From positions 1,140,001 through 1,172,000 of the forward strand of contig NC_020304.1 of NCBI RefSeq assembly GCF_000341395.1: a stretch of DNA of 32,000 nt, in the 5' to 3' direction. The position numbers were made by a program, and so were the translations under genes. Of this stretch, positions 10,037-20,502 are shown in pieces (the stretch's first letter is position 1; every line of letters starts with the position of its first letter). The DNA is from Desulfocapsa sulfexigens DSM 10523. GTDB taxonomy: Bacteria; Desulfobacterota; Desulfobulbia; Desulfobulbales; Desulfocapsaceae. The notes beneath the pieces are model-generated. The model was not told the DNA's origin. It made no database searches and saw nothing but the letters and a program-made list of their open reading frames with translations.

Positions 10037-10881
10037 TTGTATTTTTTCCGAAAATAGATACGTATCACTATGGCCCCAATATTCATCCCCAGAACCAGAG
10101 TGAGCAGGACCAGGGCTGTTCCGTATTGAAGAGGCAAAACCTTTTCCGCCTCCGGGTGCTGTGTCGCCAAAATATAAAGATGATAAGGAAGGGCCATTAC
10201 CTGGTCGAAAAGAGAACCTGGCATTTTAGGGAGATAAAAAGCCGCCACAGTAAGGAGAATGGGTGCTGTTTCACCGGCAGCCCTACCGATAGCCAGGATC
10301 GAGCCGGTTATCATCCCTGAAATGGAATAGGGCAGAACATTGGTCCAGATTGTTTCCCACTTAGTGGCTCCAAGTGCCAGACTGGCCTCACGAAACCCGC
10401 GCGGCACGGCACGGAGGGCCTCTTCACTAGTGACTATAATAATGGGCAGAACCATACAAGCAAGAGTGAGGGAACCCGCCAGAATGGAGGTGCCAAAACG
10501 ACAGAAAATAACGAAAAGACCTAAACCAAAAAGGCCATAGACGATGGATGGCACCCCGGCAAGGGTTATAATAGCCAGCCGTACCAGTTCTGAAAAACGA
10601 TTCTGATATGCATATTCCGCCAGGTAAATGGCACAGCCAATTCCAAGTGGCAGAGCAACGAGGATGGTGCCGACGGTAAGATAGAAAGTCCCCACAATGG
10701 CTGGCAGGATTCCGCCTTCTGACCCGCTGCGCCGGGGGAAAGTAGAAATGAAATCCCAATTGATCACAGGCAAACCATGGCGAATAATATCAAAAAGAAT
10801 GTAGCTGATACAGATGACAATACCATAGGTGAGCAACCGCAGTATCAGATAAGAAATATTCTGTGAAAACTTTCCGGTCAT
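10030..10881 (-). CDS. pstA: Phosphate ABC transporter permease PstA
   Basis: Membrane protein with EAL permease loop [15 protein letters not shown]; overlaps pstB and pstC. Confidence 0.93.
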   Translation of the reverse strand: MTGKFSQNISYLILRLLTYGIVICISYILFDIIRHGLPVINWDFISTFPRRSGSEGGILPAIVGTFYLTVGTILVALPLGIGCAIYLAEYAYQNRFSELVRLAIITLAGVPSIVYGLFGLGLFVIFCRFGTSILAGSLTLACMVLPIIIVTSEEALRAVPRGFREASLALGATKWETIWTNVLPYSISGMITGSILAIGRAAGETAPILLTVAAFYLPKMPGSLFDQVMALPYHLYILATQHPEAEKVLPLQYGTALVLLTLVLGMNIGAIVIRIYFRKKYKW

Positions 10882-11744
10882 TGTGACATACCATATTTTT
10901 TCAGGACTACCCGGGAAAAGGCATTCAGGAGAAAAGTGACGAACAGCAGCATAAGGCCAATCCAGAATAGTGCCTGGTAATGGTGACTGCCAAAGGGAAC
11001 CTCTCCCATTTCAGCAGCAATGGTGGCGGTCATGGTACGAATAGGATCCAGAGGAAAGAGGGAGATAATCGCGGAGTTGCCGCTGACCATCAGCACAGCC
11101 ATGGTCTCTCCGATAACCCTGCCGATACCGAGCATAATCGCAGCAATGATTCCTGGCAGGGCCGCCGGCACCGTCACTCTGAAAATAGTCTGCAGTTCAC
11201 TTGCCCCAAGGGCAAGGGATGCCTGTTTAAAGGATTGTGGCACACTTGCCAGCGCATCCTCGGAAATAGTTATAATTGTGGGCAGGGCCATAAGAGCCAG
11301 CAGCAGAGAAGCTGTCAGGGCGTTGAGGCCTGAGTTGAGGCCAAAGGTCTCTTTTACCAGGGGAGCAAGAACCAATAGACCGAAAAATCCCAAGACCACC
11401 GAAGGAATACTGGCGAGGATTTCAATAAAAGGCTTGAGAAATTCCCTTTCTACTGGTTTTGCCACTTCAGAGATGTAAATAGCACCCACAACAGATAACG
11501 GGATTGACAACAGCATGGCAAGCAGAGTGACCAGGGAAGAGCCAACTACCAGTGGATACAGACCAAAGCGCTCTTCCTGAAAAGAGACAGGAACCCATGC
11601 GGAATCAAAGAGTTTTCCGATTCCAGGGTCAAAAGCAAAGGGCATGGCCTCTTTACCCAGAAAGAGAAAAATCAGGGCGACAATAAGAATACTGATGGAT
11701 GCTGTACCGATCAGAAGCATCCGCATGAATTTATCTATGCGCAT
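10878..11744 (-). CDS. pstC: Phosphate ABC transporter permease PstC
   Basis: FLASIPSVVLGFFG-like and QASLALGASELQTIFRV permease loop, in operon order. Confidence 0.93.
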   Translation of the reverse strand: MRIDKFMRMLLIGTASISILIVALIFLFLGKEAMPFAFDPGIGKLFDSAWVPVSFQEERFGLYPLVVGSSLVTLLAMLLSIPLSVVGAIYISEVAKPVEREFLKPFIEILASIPSVVLGFFGLLVLAPLVKETFGLNSGLNALTASLLLALMALPTIITISEDALASVPQSFKQASLALGASELQTIFRVTVPAALPGIIAAIMLGIGRVIGETMAVLMVSGNSAIISLFPLDPIRTMTATIAAEMGEVPFGSHHYQALFWIGLMLLFVTFLLNAFSRVVLKKYGMSQ

Positions 11745-11903
11745 TATTGTTACCGACAGTTTAACTTAAACTCGTTTCGTTTTTTTTTACAAAATGAATA
11801 TAGCTATACTTGATTTTTATTTGTTAGCCTGTTCCGCGCTGCAAAGTTCAACCAGCGCATCAACGATGTTTACATTCAGGTAGTCCCAAGGCGACCCCTG
11901 CCA

Positions 11904-12800
11904 CTACTGTTTGTTTTCATTTGACATTACAGAAACATAGCCAGATTCGTAAACGATATTTTGTCCCTGTTCACTGAGTGTAAACTCAACAAAATCTTTT
12001 GCAGTTCCCTGAGCTTCTCCACTGGTATAGAGAAAAAGGGCTCTGGCAATGGGATAGCTTCCATCTTTTACCGCGTTATCAGAAGGTGCAATCGCCGTCC
12101 CTCCGTCCTTGTCCAGAATGGAGATGGCTTTGATCCTGTCAGCAGAGTTTTTCACATATCCAAGCCCTACATAGCCGATAGCTCCGGTATCTGCAGCAAC
12201 GCCCTGCACCAGTGCAGATGTTCCTGGAAGGAGGCGGGCCCGGGGGGTATAATCCTGCCGATTCATCACATGTTCCTGGAAAAAGACATAAGTTCCGGAA
12301 CTGGATTCCCGGGAGAACACCAGCAGGTCCTGATTTGCTCCCCCCACCTCCTGCCAGCTCGTTATTTTTCCTGTAAAAATACCCTGAAGCTGCTCCATGG
12401 AAAGGGCCTCCACCGGATTTTGCGGATGCACAATCACGGCTATACCATCAAGGGCAACACTGAGCTCCACAGGTACCCTTCCCTTTCCGGAAGCCAATTC
12501 CTTCTCTTTCTCATTAATTCTTCGTGAAGACGCACAGATATCAGTTGTGCCGTTAATCAGACCAGCGATACCAGTGCCGGAACCGCCTCCGGTAACAGAA
12601 ATTTCCACATCCTTATGCAGTTTCATAAACTCCTCAGCCCAGGAACTTACCAGATGGACCATGGTATCTGATCCTTTAATGGTAAGATAGCCAGTCCCAG
12701 CCGATTCTTTTTTTTCTTCATTCTGTGGCGCCCCGGAATCACATCCGGAGAAGCCTAAACACAATAGGACTAAAAAACAGTATGTATAAATGTTTCGCAT
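11904..12800 (-). CDS. pstS: Phosphate ABC transporter substrate-binding lipoprotein (PstS-like)
   Basis: KGSDTMVHLVSSWAEEF, TGGGSGTGIAGL, SRESSSGT. Lipobox FSGC. Encoded on the minus strand (reverse complement around 12800 reads ggaggggatttcATGCGAAACATT). The track lists 11904..12821 with + strand, which is inconsistent with the bases. Confidence 0.92.
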   Translation of the reverse strand: MRNIYTYCFLVLLCLGFSGCDSGAPQNEEKKESAGTGYLTIKGSDTMVHLVSSWAEEFMKLHKDVEISVTGGGSGTGIAGLINGTTDICASSRRINEKEKELASGKGRVPVELSVALDGIAVIVHPQNPVEALSMEQLQGIFTGKITSWQEVGGANQDLLVFSRESSSGTYVFFQEHVMNRQDYTPRARLLPGTSALVQGVAADTGAIGYVGLGYVKNSADRIKAISILDKDGGTAIAPSDNAVKDGSYPIARALFLYTSGEAQGTAKDFVEFTLSEQGQNIVYESGYVSVMSNENKQ

Positions 12801-13166
12801 GAAATCCCCTCCAGGTTTCAATTAACCGCCCTTCCAATATTCATCAGCCGCCTGTCTGCTCGTTCATTGTTTCACTACACTATCTGTTTAGAAACAGAAT
12901 CATGGTTTGACAGACCGAAGCGGACAAACAATGTCACCGCTTCCTCATTAAATCAGCCCAACAGCCTTAAAGTCAAGGAATACCTGTCAAACCAACCGAC
13001 CAACCCTCCTCCTAACACTTTTTTAATCTGTCAGGAGCCTGCAAGACCTCACCCTAAAACTTATAAAAAAACAAAGGGATCATTTTTTGTTTCTTGGCAG
13101 GGTATATTCACTCTGCTATAACAGAGGACCTTATTTGCCTTGTAAAAACAAACAAAAGGATATTGC

Positions 13167-14771
13167 ATGCGTATGCGAACAAGAATGGTTTTCTCCCTAA
13201 CGGCATTCATAGCTCTCCTCATTATCATTTCCTGGCCCATACAACTCAAGGCATCTCTGGCTGGAGACAGTCAGGATATCCAAAAAGTGCTGAACGGCAC
13301 AAAGAAACCTCCTTTTGCCCTGCAGAATATAAAGAAACTCCAGAGCTTTTACCAGAGCCGGGACTATCAATCAGCCTGGACACCTGTCCTGCTCAGTCAG
13401 CTGGTGACATCCATCAACAACACCACAAGCCACGGCCTCAGCCCCTGCGATTACCGGGTGACACTTCTCCAGAACACACAAACAGACTACTTATACAGAG
13501 AACTGCTGGCAACGGACTCCTACTTCACCCTGGCTGGCCACCTCCTGGGAGGAAAGGTGAACCCGGTCTCCATAGAACCTTCCTGGAATGCACCCGGTCG
13601 GGAAAATGATTTACCCAAATATCTTGAAACAAGCCTGCAAGAGGGGAATATCCAGGAAAGCCTGGAAGCCCTGGCCCCCAACACGCAGGAATACAAGCAG
13701 CTGAAACTGGCACTGGCCCATTACCGGAAAATCAGTAGCCAGGGTGGTTGGGGCCAGATTGCCTCAGGTCCTTTACTAAAACTCGGCAGCCACGGGGAGA
13801 GAGTCATCCAAATCCGTGAACGGCTGAAGGCAGGCGGGGAGCTGATTACAGACACAGACCAGGATCCAGCAGAATACACCACAAGCCTGCAAGAGGGCGT
13901 ACAGCGTTTCCAGAAACGAATCAACCTTGAGGCAGATGGCAAGGTTGGCCCCAACACCCTGCGCAACCTGAACAAGACCCCTGAAGACAGGATCAACACT
14001 CTGCGCGTTAACATGGAACGATGGCGCTGGCTTCCCGAAAATCTTGGTGATCGGCACCTTAGAGTCAACATTGCAGGTTTTTTTCTTGAAGCCTATGATC
14101 ATGGAATGCCAGTCAGGCGGCATAATGTCATTGTCGGCACGGACTATCGACAGACCCCGGTATTCTCTGATGCCATCGAATACATGATCTTAAATCCCTG
14201 GTGGTATGCCCCCCGCAAGTTGGCCGTGAAAGACAAACTCCCCCTGTTTCGCAATGACCCTGGATACTTTGAAAGATCAGGATTTCAACTGGTAGACAAA
14301 GACAGTAAGCGGGTTGATCAGCGAACAGTAGAGTGGAATAGGCTCTCTGAAAACAATTTCCCGTATCAGCTGCGACAAATGCCCGGGCCTAAAAATGCCT
14401 TGGGCCGGGTGAAATTCATATTCCCGAACCGTTACAATGTCTACCTCCATGATACGCCATCTACCGAACTCTTTGCCAAAGTGCAGCGGTTATTTTCCTC
14501 TGGCTGTATCCGGGTGGAGAACCCTCTGGATCTGGCTGAATGGCTACTCAGCTTTCAAAGAGAGACTGGCTGGAGCAGGGAGAAAATCGAGGAGGTTGTG
14601 GAGAGCGGCAAAGAAACACGCATCAATTTATCGGCTCCAATGCCCGTCCATCTCCTCTACTGGACCGTTCTTTGCGACAGTGTAAACAGTGAAATTCGGT
14701 TCATTGAGGACCAGTATCAACGGGACCCTCGTATCCTCGAAGCGCTGGATACCCTCTGTCCAATAAAGTAG
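13167..14771 (+). CDS. Murein L,D-transpeptidase (YcbB/LdtD-like) with peptidoglycan-binding domain
   Basis: N-terminal signal/TM, LQEGVQRFQKRINLEADGKVGPNTLRNLN, catalytic YkuD motif YLHDTPS...FSSGCIRVENP. Confidence 0.88.
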   Translation: MRMRTRMVFSLTAFIALLIIISWPIQLKASLAGDSQDIQKVLNGTKKPPFALQNIKKLQSFYQSRDYQSAWTPVLLSQLVTSINNTTSHGLSPCDYRVTLLQNTQTDYLYRELLATDSYFTLAGHLLGGKVNPVSIEPSWNAPGRENDLPKYLETSLQEGNIQESLEALAPNTQEYKQLKLALAHYRKISSQGGWGQIASGPLLKLGSHGERVIQIRERLKAGGELITDTDQDPAEYTTSLQEGVQRFQKRINLEADGKVGPNTLRNLNKTPEDRINTLRVNMERWRWLPENLGDRHLRVNIAGFFLEAYDHGMPVRRHNVIVGTDYRQTPVFSDAIEYMILNPWWYAPRKLAVKDKLPLFRNDPGYFERSGFQLVDKDSKRVDQRTVEWNRLSENNFPYQLRQMPGPKNALGRVKFIFPNRYNVYLHDTPSTELFAKVQRLFSSGCIRVENPLDLAEWLLSFQRETGWSREKIEEVVESGKETRINLSAPMPVHLLYWTVLCDSVNSEIRFIEDQYQRDPRILEALDTLCPIK

Positions 14772-14967
14772 CTGGTGTCAAACAGGAAGACGCCCCCTTT
14801 TCTTTCCACAACCAACATTTCAGAAAGACTAAAATTTCTTGGTGTTTTATACGGCTGTGCCGAGTTCTCAGGAACTAACAATCCACATCCTGATGTAGCC
14901 AAATTGTGGCAGGATTTATTCCACCTTCAACCCCTCGCAACGTATCTCGCTAAACACTCAATTACCC

Positions 14968-16512
14968 TTAATAACCAAACCCGTCTTCTTCTGACTGCTT
15001 GCCTGCCCTGACAACCCTCACAGCAGAATCGCCCGGTAGAGGGCACTTGTTTTCGCAGATACCACAGCCGATACAAAGCTCAGGGATAATATATGGCTGC
15101 TTCAAGGCGACAGATTTTCCCTGTCGGTTGACAACTGTCACCTCCTGGAATTTTATCGCCTTATCATAGGTCGGGCAATGTTCTTCGCAGACGATGCAGG
15201 GACTCTGGTCAGCAAAAGGCAGACAGCGTGCGGGATCAAAAACTGCCCTGCCAATGACGAAACTATGCTTCTCAGACTGACTCAAGCGACCGATAGCCCC
15301 GGTGGGACAAACCTGACCACACAGAGTGCAGTTGAATTCGCAGTACCCGAGGCGCGGAATAAGCCTCGGGGTAAACATCCCTTCGTAACCACTCTCCAAA
15401 AAACAGGGCTGCAATGCATTCTGGATGCAGACCTTCATGCACTCTCCGCAGCGTACACATCTGGAAAAAAATTCGTTTCCATCTGCTGCACCAGGCGGAC
15501 GAAGAAGAAAGGGCCGCGGCAGGGTATGAGCAGCATCGACCTTGGACAGCAGCGGCAGGGTTATGCCTGCCAGTCCGGCTCCAATAAAGCTCCGGCGACT
15601 CATATCAATCTGCATTGGGCTATTCGGTACAGCAAACCGAAATCTGGAAGGCTGGTTGACGCAATCGTCAACACAATCCATACAGAGCGTGCACTCCTCG
15701 TGTCGCAGTTGTCTGCCGTCAGAATCAAAGGCATTCATCCTGCAATTAGGAGCACAGTCACGACACCCCTTGCATGCTTGCTTCGGAAAACGGCGAAAGA
15801 TGGAGAAACGGGAAAAAATGGCCAGTAAAGCACCAAGAGGACAGAGATTTCTGCACCAAAAACGTTTCTCTAATTTTTCCAGAGCAAAGATTGCAAGGAG
15901 TACGCACCCGGACAATGTACTCAGTTGAAAAAATGTCTGTTTATAGGGAAGCACGCTGTCCTGCAGAACGCCATAGACAGGCTCGCTGATATTGCTCAGC
16001 CATTGAGGGGCATAGCGATAGAGGGGATCAAAAAAACCGGTAACTAAAAGGTTAAAGACTGGATCCACAGCCAGGGTAAACCCCCTGACCAGGAGAGAAA
16101 ATGGATCCAGGTAGCCAACCAGCTGCAAGCCGAACAGACTGGAAACCAGGATAATACCAAGGAGGACGTATTTGACTGATCGTAGCGATTGACCAGACTG
16201 AGCAGGTGCATGGATTACTTTTCCTGTCCCATCCAGCAGTGTGCCCATTGGACATATCCAGCCGCAGAAGACACGTCCGAAGACCATGGTCAAAGCTATG
16301 ACAAAAAGAGACGGCAGAAGCAGGGAAACAAGGACCTTGGCAGAGAGCAGAACTGTTGCCGCGACCAATGGATCCCATCGAAAAAAAATGTTGACTGCAT
16401 AGGGTATCTCATCAAGCCCGGAATAATCGGTCAGACGAAAGAGAAGAAAAAAGAGCGCAAGAAAAAAAAGCTGAGACAGTTTGCGGAAAGTACGAAGGGT
16501 GATTTTGAACAC
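14968..16512 (-). CDS. NapH/MauN-like membrane polyferredoxin, with C-terminal multi-[4Fe-4S] region; GTG start
   Basis: CGWICPMG and CRNLCPLG motifs between TM helices, followed by CKGCRDCAPNC, CTLCMDCVDDC, CVRCGECMKVC, CTLCGQVCPTG, CIVCEEHC, CIGCGICENKC. Confidence 0.85.
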   Translation of the reverse strand: MFKITLRTFRKLSQLFFLALFFLLFRLTDYSGLDEIPYAVNIFFRWDPLVAATVLLSAKVLVSLLLPSLFVIALTMVFGRVFCGWICPMGTLLDGTGKVIHAPAQSGQSLRSVKYVLLGIILVSSLFGLQLVGYLDPFSLLVRGFTLAVDPVFNLLVTGFFDPLYRYAPQWLSNISEPVYGVLQDSVLPYKQTFFQLSTLSGCVLLAIFALEKLEKRFWCRNLCPLGALLAIFSRFSIFRRFPKQACKGCRDCAPNCRMNAFDSDGRQLRHEECTLCMDCVDDCVNQPSRFRFAVPNSPMQIDMSRRSFIGAGLAGITLPLLSKVDAAHTLPRPFLLRPPGAADGNEFFSRCVRCGECMKVCIQNALQPCFLESGYEGMFTPRLIPRLGYCEFNCTLCGQVCPTGAIGRLSQSEKHSFVIGRAVFDPARCLPFADQSPCIVCEEHCPTYDKAIKFQEVTVVNRQGKSVALKQPYIIPELCIGCGICENKCPLPGDSAVRVVRAGKQSEEDGFGY

Positions 16513-16516
16513 TTTG

Positions 16517-17431
16517 CTACACCATCCGGATATCTATTTTATTCAACCTCATCTCCCCCAGACCCATTTCAGCTGCGGCCCTGGTCGAATCAATCTCTTC
16601 CGGCCTCAGCCCAAACAGAGTGGTGGCGTAGGCATCTGCAGCCACCGGATCTGACGAGGCCACAATGGTGTCCAGCACCTTAACATCCCTGGTACTGCCC
16701 CCCTGAGGACCATTGCGGAGAAGAATCCTGGTGGCATCTATGATAGTCAGATCAGCCCTGATCACGGTATTCAGGTCGGCAAGATTCTGCCCCATGTTCC
16801 TGTGAATCTTGCCGCGATTCCCACCAATCACCCCCATGGTGTTTTTCAACCCCAGGGTCAACCTGGACAGACCATGGTGTTTTGCCACCGGAATATTAAT
16901 GTAACAGTCAGCCTCCAGAGCATCCTTATAAAAAGACCACTTGTTGATGGACCTTCCCTTCTCAATGGTTACTGGCACAAACTTCCTTTCATCGACATAG
17001 CTGCATTGAATCTGTCGACCACCAATGGAATCCAAAGCCGGTTTAATACCGCTGTTCATATAACAGCGCCGCTCTTCGTTGCAGGTTCGGTCAAAGACCA
17101 GTACTTTTTTCGCGCCAGCAAGGATAGCAAGTTCAGCCACAGCCTTGACGATTTCCGGATGGGTGTTTGCCGCCTGTTCAGGAGCCCGATCCCAGCCGAT
17201 ATTTGGTTTAATCACCACCTGATCACCGGGTTTGACAAAAGCAGCCATCCCGCCCAGAGGTTGCAAAACTGAAGCCACAAGATTCGCGTAATTTTTACCG
17301 ACACCAACACTCAGCAGTGGTGATACGGTTTCAGCGGCCAGCAGGTCCGGAGTTATGCGAAACACCGGTTCCACTAAAAGAACCCCGCCGGACCAGACAG
17401 CTACCTGCTTTAGAAAATTTCTCCTGTCCAT
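16517..17431 (-). CDS. DUF362 domain-containing protein with Tat-like signal (MDRRNFLK)
   Basis: KPNIGWDRAPEQAANTHPEIV, NIPVAKHHGLSRLTLGLKNTMG. Start at 17431 preceded by cAGGAGGg; the track starts at 17509. Confidence 0.83.
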   Translation of the reverse strand: MDRRNFLKQVAVWSGGVLLVEPVFRITPDLLAAETVSPLLSVGVGKNYANLVASVLQPLGGMAAFVKPGDQVVIKPNIGWDRAPEQAANTHPEIVKAVAELAILAGAKKVLVFDRTCNEERRCYMNSGIKPALDSIGGRQIQCSYVDERKFVPVTIEKGRSINKWSFYKDALEADCYINIPVAKHHGLSRLTLGLKNTMGVIGGNRGKIHRNMGQNLADLNTVIRADLTIIDATRILLRNGPQGGSTRDVKVLDTIVASSDPVAADAYATTLFGLRPEEIDSTRAAAEMGLGEMRLNKIDIRMV

Positions 17432-17448
17432 TTTCCCTCCTGAGTAAG

Positions 17449-17545
17449 AATGTCCCACTCTCTGAGCATCACACTCCACAAGCCACTCACATTTCCACCA
17501 AAACCTCAAAAAACACCACCAGGGGAGGCATCCAAAATTCCATTA
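17449..17545 (-). promoter_or_regulatory. Copy A of a three-block conserved upstream element (matches 21458-21589)
   Basis: Plus-strand blocks aatgtccca (17449-17457), agccactcacatttccaccaaa (17481-17502), caggggaggcatccaaaattccatta (17520-17545). Confidence 0.6.
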
Positions 17546-17696
17546 GCTGCTTTTATCATTCCACAGAGTTGCTTCCAATGCCAGCACAAAGCACGAATAT
17601 ATCTCCTCCGGCCGACACGAGTCATCTACAGGTTTTAAACAAGGAGAAATACCCTGAAATCAGATTCTACAATAATGATCACTCATATAAGGCTAC

Positions 17697-19613
17697 TTAT
17701 TCTTTTTTTCCTTTTTTTAAGGCACGAATAATATGCTGCAGTTTCAGGTATTCTTCCTTGGTCAGAATGTGCTCTGAGTATAGAGCAGGGGTAAAAATTT
17801 CGGCAAATTCCTGGCAGAGCGGATCTTTCAGCCTGGAAGCCAGTTCATGGAGGCCCATGTTCCGAGGAATGGGTTCATTCCTGTATTTTTTACGGAGACC
17901 ACTGTGATACTGTTTTAAAATTCTTTCTTCCCTGCTGCTCATTTTCCAGTGAAATCCACTCCATATGATAAACACACTCAGGCAGATACAGAGCAAGGGA
18001 TACATGTCCTGCCAGCTCATATTCCAGTTTTTTTGAAATGATCGGAAATTATTCCCGGTATTCCTGACAAGGCTGAACTGTTTCTTGAAGTCGTAGGTGA
18101 TAACCGCCTGGGTCCAGAAATAGTCAATACTGTCAACAGCCTGTCGAAGTAGGGAAAACCCAGATCTTCTTCCACCCAAAGGAGACTCGACATAATTCTG
18201 TGCAAGTCGGGTAGGGTCAATCCGCTGCCAGCGACCATCAACGAGGGCCTCAACCCACACATGGGCCATGGCATCGGTTACTTGATAATAGCCTCCCAGG
18301 TTGTTGTAATTTCCCCCATAATAGCCACCGACAAGTCGAGATGGCACATCGGCCATACGCAGGAGAAGTGCAAAAGATGAAGCAAAAAACTCACAGTAGC
18401 CCCGTTTTTTGGAAAAAAGAAATGTTTCAATGGGGGCATCAGGGCCGGGAAGGTCATCATTTGCGTAGGTTAAATTTTGCCTGAGAAAGAATGATTTGAG
18501 TAACTCAACTCGTTCTTGCCTTGATGCCCCCTCTTTTCGTATGGTGGCAGCAGTCTCAAGAAGAAGAGGGGACTCAAGAGGGGGAGTTCTCAGGTAGAAC
18601 GACTCGTCAACGGTTTCCACTGTTTTCAAGGTTCCGCCAACACGGGAAGTAACACCTATTTTTGTGCTTTTATCCATGCGTCTTTTGGCCAGAAATACCA
18701 GGTCATTACTTTTCTGATAGCGTACTCCTGAAAGGGACAGAGGCAGATCGAGGCTGAATAAAAAATTGTTATTTTGAATTGGAAGATAGAGGTTGCACTG
18801 TACCCTCTTACCTCCTGTAACGATGGATTTTTCAGAGGGAAGTTGGCTGCGGCTCCAGGTTTCATTGTCAATCGTGTTGAGCACAGTTCCACGCCAATAA
18901 AGTGAGGACTGTGGAAGTGTGGGACACTGGGCTCGAAAGGCGATGTTTGTTCCTGCAGTCATGTTGGCAATACTCCCTGGCCGGACTTCATCACTGAACC
19001 CGGAAACAGCAGAAGCACCCATGTTGATGAAATGCCAGAGTGGATGCTCTGTTCGAGGCAGGATAACGAAAAAGAGAAGCATGAGTACCAGGGAGACAAC
19101 GGGAAGTATGGCGGCTGTTCTGATTATGGTGAAAAACTGTGAAACTGGGAGACGTAACCCCGGTTCCCTTGTGTAAAAAGTGAGAAGCACCAGGCCAATG
19201 GTGATGCCAAAGACCAGGAAAATCAGGGCCGGGAAAAAGACAATACTGACACTGAACATGGAGGAACTGGCCAGGGCAAAGAGGGATAAAACAAAAATCT
19301 GTAGATAATTTCTTCCGTTTTTTTCGGTAAAAAGGCGCATGCCAAAGAGAATAGCAACCATGTTGACAACCGGTTCCACGATGTTTGCGAGACTCAGTTG
19401 ACTGGCGTAAAAAAGAAAAAAGGCAAGTGAAAGCACGGTCACTATATGGCCACGAAGCAGATAATGCCCCTTCAAATCAGAGCCAAAACCGCACACAAAT
19501 GCCACGGGCAGGAATATCTGGGCTGGAAGGCTGAGCCAGATATAGAGTGGACCGACCGCAACAATACTCACTGAATAGGCTATGAAATTAAGGGGCTTTT
19601 GTATCTTTAGCAT
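17697..19613 (-). CDS. TgpA-like membrane protein with transglutaminase-like domain
   Basis: N-terminal TM helices, GYCEFFASSFALLLRMADVPSRLVGGYYG, AHVWVEALVDGRWQRIDPT (Cys/His/Asp core). Confidence 0.9.
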   Translation of the reverse strand: MLKIQKPLNFIAYSVSIVAVGPLYIWLSLPAQIFLPVAFVCGFGSDLKGHYLLRGHIVTVLSLAFFLFYASQLSLANIVEPVVNMVAILFGMRLFTEKNGRNYLQIFVLSLFALASSSMFSVSIVFFPALIFLVFGITIGLVLLTFYTREPGLRLPVSQFFTIIRTAAILPVVSLVLMLLFFVILPRTEHPLWHFINMGASAVSGFSDEVRPGSIANMTAGTNIAFRAQCPTLPQSSLYWRGTVLNTIDNETWSRSQLPSEKSIVTGGKRVQCNLYLPIQNNNFLFSLDLPLSLSGVRYQKSNDLVFLAKRRMDKSTKIGVTSRVGGTLKTVETVDESFYLRTPPLESPLLLETAATIRKEGASRQERVELLKSFFLRQNLTYANDDLPGPDAPIETFLFSKKRGYCEFFASSFALLLRMADVPSRLVGGYYGGNYNNLGGYYQVTDAMAHVWVEALVDGRWQRIDPTRLAQNYVESPLGGRRSGFSLLRQAVDSIDYFWTQAVITYDFKKQFSLVRNTGNNFRSFQKNWNMSWQDMYPLLCICLSVFIIWSGFHWKMSSREERILKQYHSGLRKKYRNEPIPRNMGLHELASRLKDPLCQEFAEIFTPALYSEHILTKEEYLKLQHIIRALKKGKKE

Positions 19614-20502
19614 AACGGGCCAGTGCAGTAAGAAGGGTGTATTTGTGTTGACGTCCGGTTCCTGCAGGGTAAACAGATTCCTCCAGCCTCAGTCCCACTG
19701 GCCGATTGGAGCGAGTGAACTCATTTATGAGAAACGATGCGCAGCTGAGCCTTGATTCAAGGCTTGTTCCCGGGAGATTGTGCGGATCGATTTCAACCGG
19801 TTCAGCACCAGTCGAAGAAAGCTCTTTGATCTTTAAGGTATCGTGTCGGGCAGAGAGTTTCCAGTGCACCATCTTTAATGGTTCACCGCCTTGATAATCA
19901 CCAATACGGGTGATGTCTCCTTCGTAGCCTTTCTGGGGAGATTCGTTTTTCATCCCGGCCTGCCGGGAAAAGAATGAAAGGGCAGATCCACAAGGGAGCG
20001 GTTTTGGAAAAACAACTATGGTCTGTTCTATTGTAATGGTTCGGGATCGAATAAAAAAATTGATTGGAAAATTTGACTGGATGCCTAGTGTATGGCGGAG
20101 ATGATCACCACGCCCATTGAAGGTTACTGGAATGTTGACCTTTTTCCTGGCTCCTTTGAATAAAATGGGAATAGGCGCACTGCACTGTTTTTGAAAAAGG
20201 ATTTCAAGGAGAAAACTATGCATAAAACGCCTGTTGTTTTTAATGGATACCGTTAGCAGGGTTTCCACTCCGTCATAAATCTCTTCTGGAGGTTCCAGAT
20301 AGATGGCGAGGTTCTTGAGATTCTGATTTCCAAGAATACCAGAAATGGACATAAAACCAAGGAGCGCTGAAACGATCAGGTAGAGCAGGTTATTGCCGGT
20401 GTTCACTGCACCGAACCCCAATATAAGGGTAATTGCAATATAGAGGCTGCCTGCCCGGGTCAGTTTCAGACGATGGGAACGGAAACGCTTTGCAGAATTG
20501 AT
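19588..20502 (-). CDS. DUF58 domain-containing protein; true start apparently upstream of the track's TTG at 20421
   Basis: Conserved N-terminus RLKLTRAGSLYIAITLILGFGAVNTGNNLLYL is in frame from 20502; YEGDITRIGDYQGGEPLKMVHWKLSAR DUF58 core. Confidence 0.8.
   Translation of the reverse strand: MNSAKRFRSHRLKLTRAGSLYIAITLILGFGAVNTGNNLLYLIVSALLGFMSISGILGNQNLKNLAIYLEPPEEIYDGVETLLTVSIKNNRRFMHSFLLEILFQKQCSAPIPILFKGARKKVNIPVTFNGRGDHLRHTLGIQSNFPINFFIRSRTITIEQTIVVFPKPLPCGSALSFFSRQAGMKNESPQKGYEGDITRIGDYQGGEPLKMVHWKLSARHDTLKIKELSSTGAEPVEIDPHNLPGTSLESRLSCASFLINEFTRSNRPVGLRLEESVYPAGTGRQHKYTLLTALARYAKDTKAP

Noticed and set aside
11904-12821. ORF track gives the PstS-like ORF as plus strand.
   Set aside because: The translation MKPGGDFMRNIYTY... 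is obtained from the reverse complement (tgaaacctggaggggatttcATGCGAAAC...). It ends at a stop read from cta at 11904-11906. The gene is therefore on the minus strand, consistent with the pst operon.
15178-15828. 216-aa plus-strand ORF, and the similar antisense ORF at 11961..12527.
   Set aside because: Both lie opposite well-supported coding sequences (polyferredoxin and PstS) and have low-complexity, non-domain translations.
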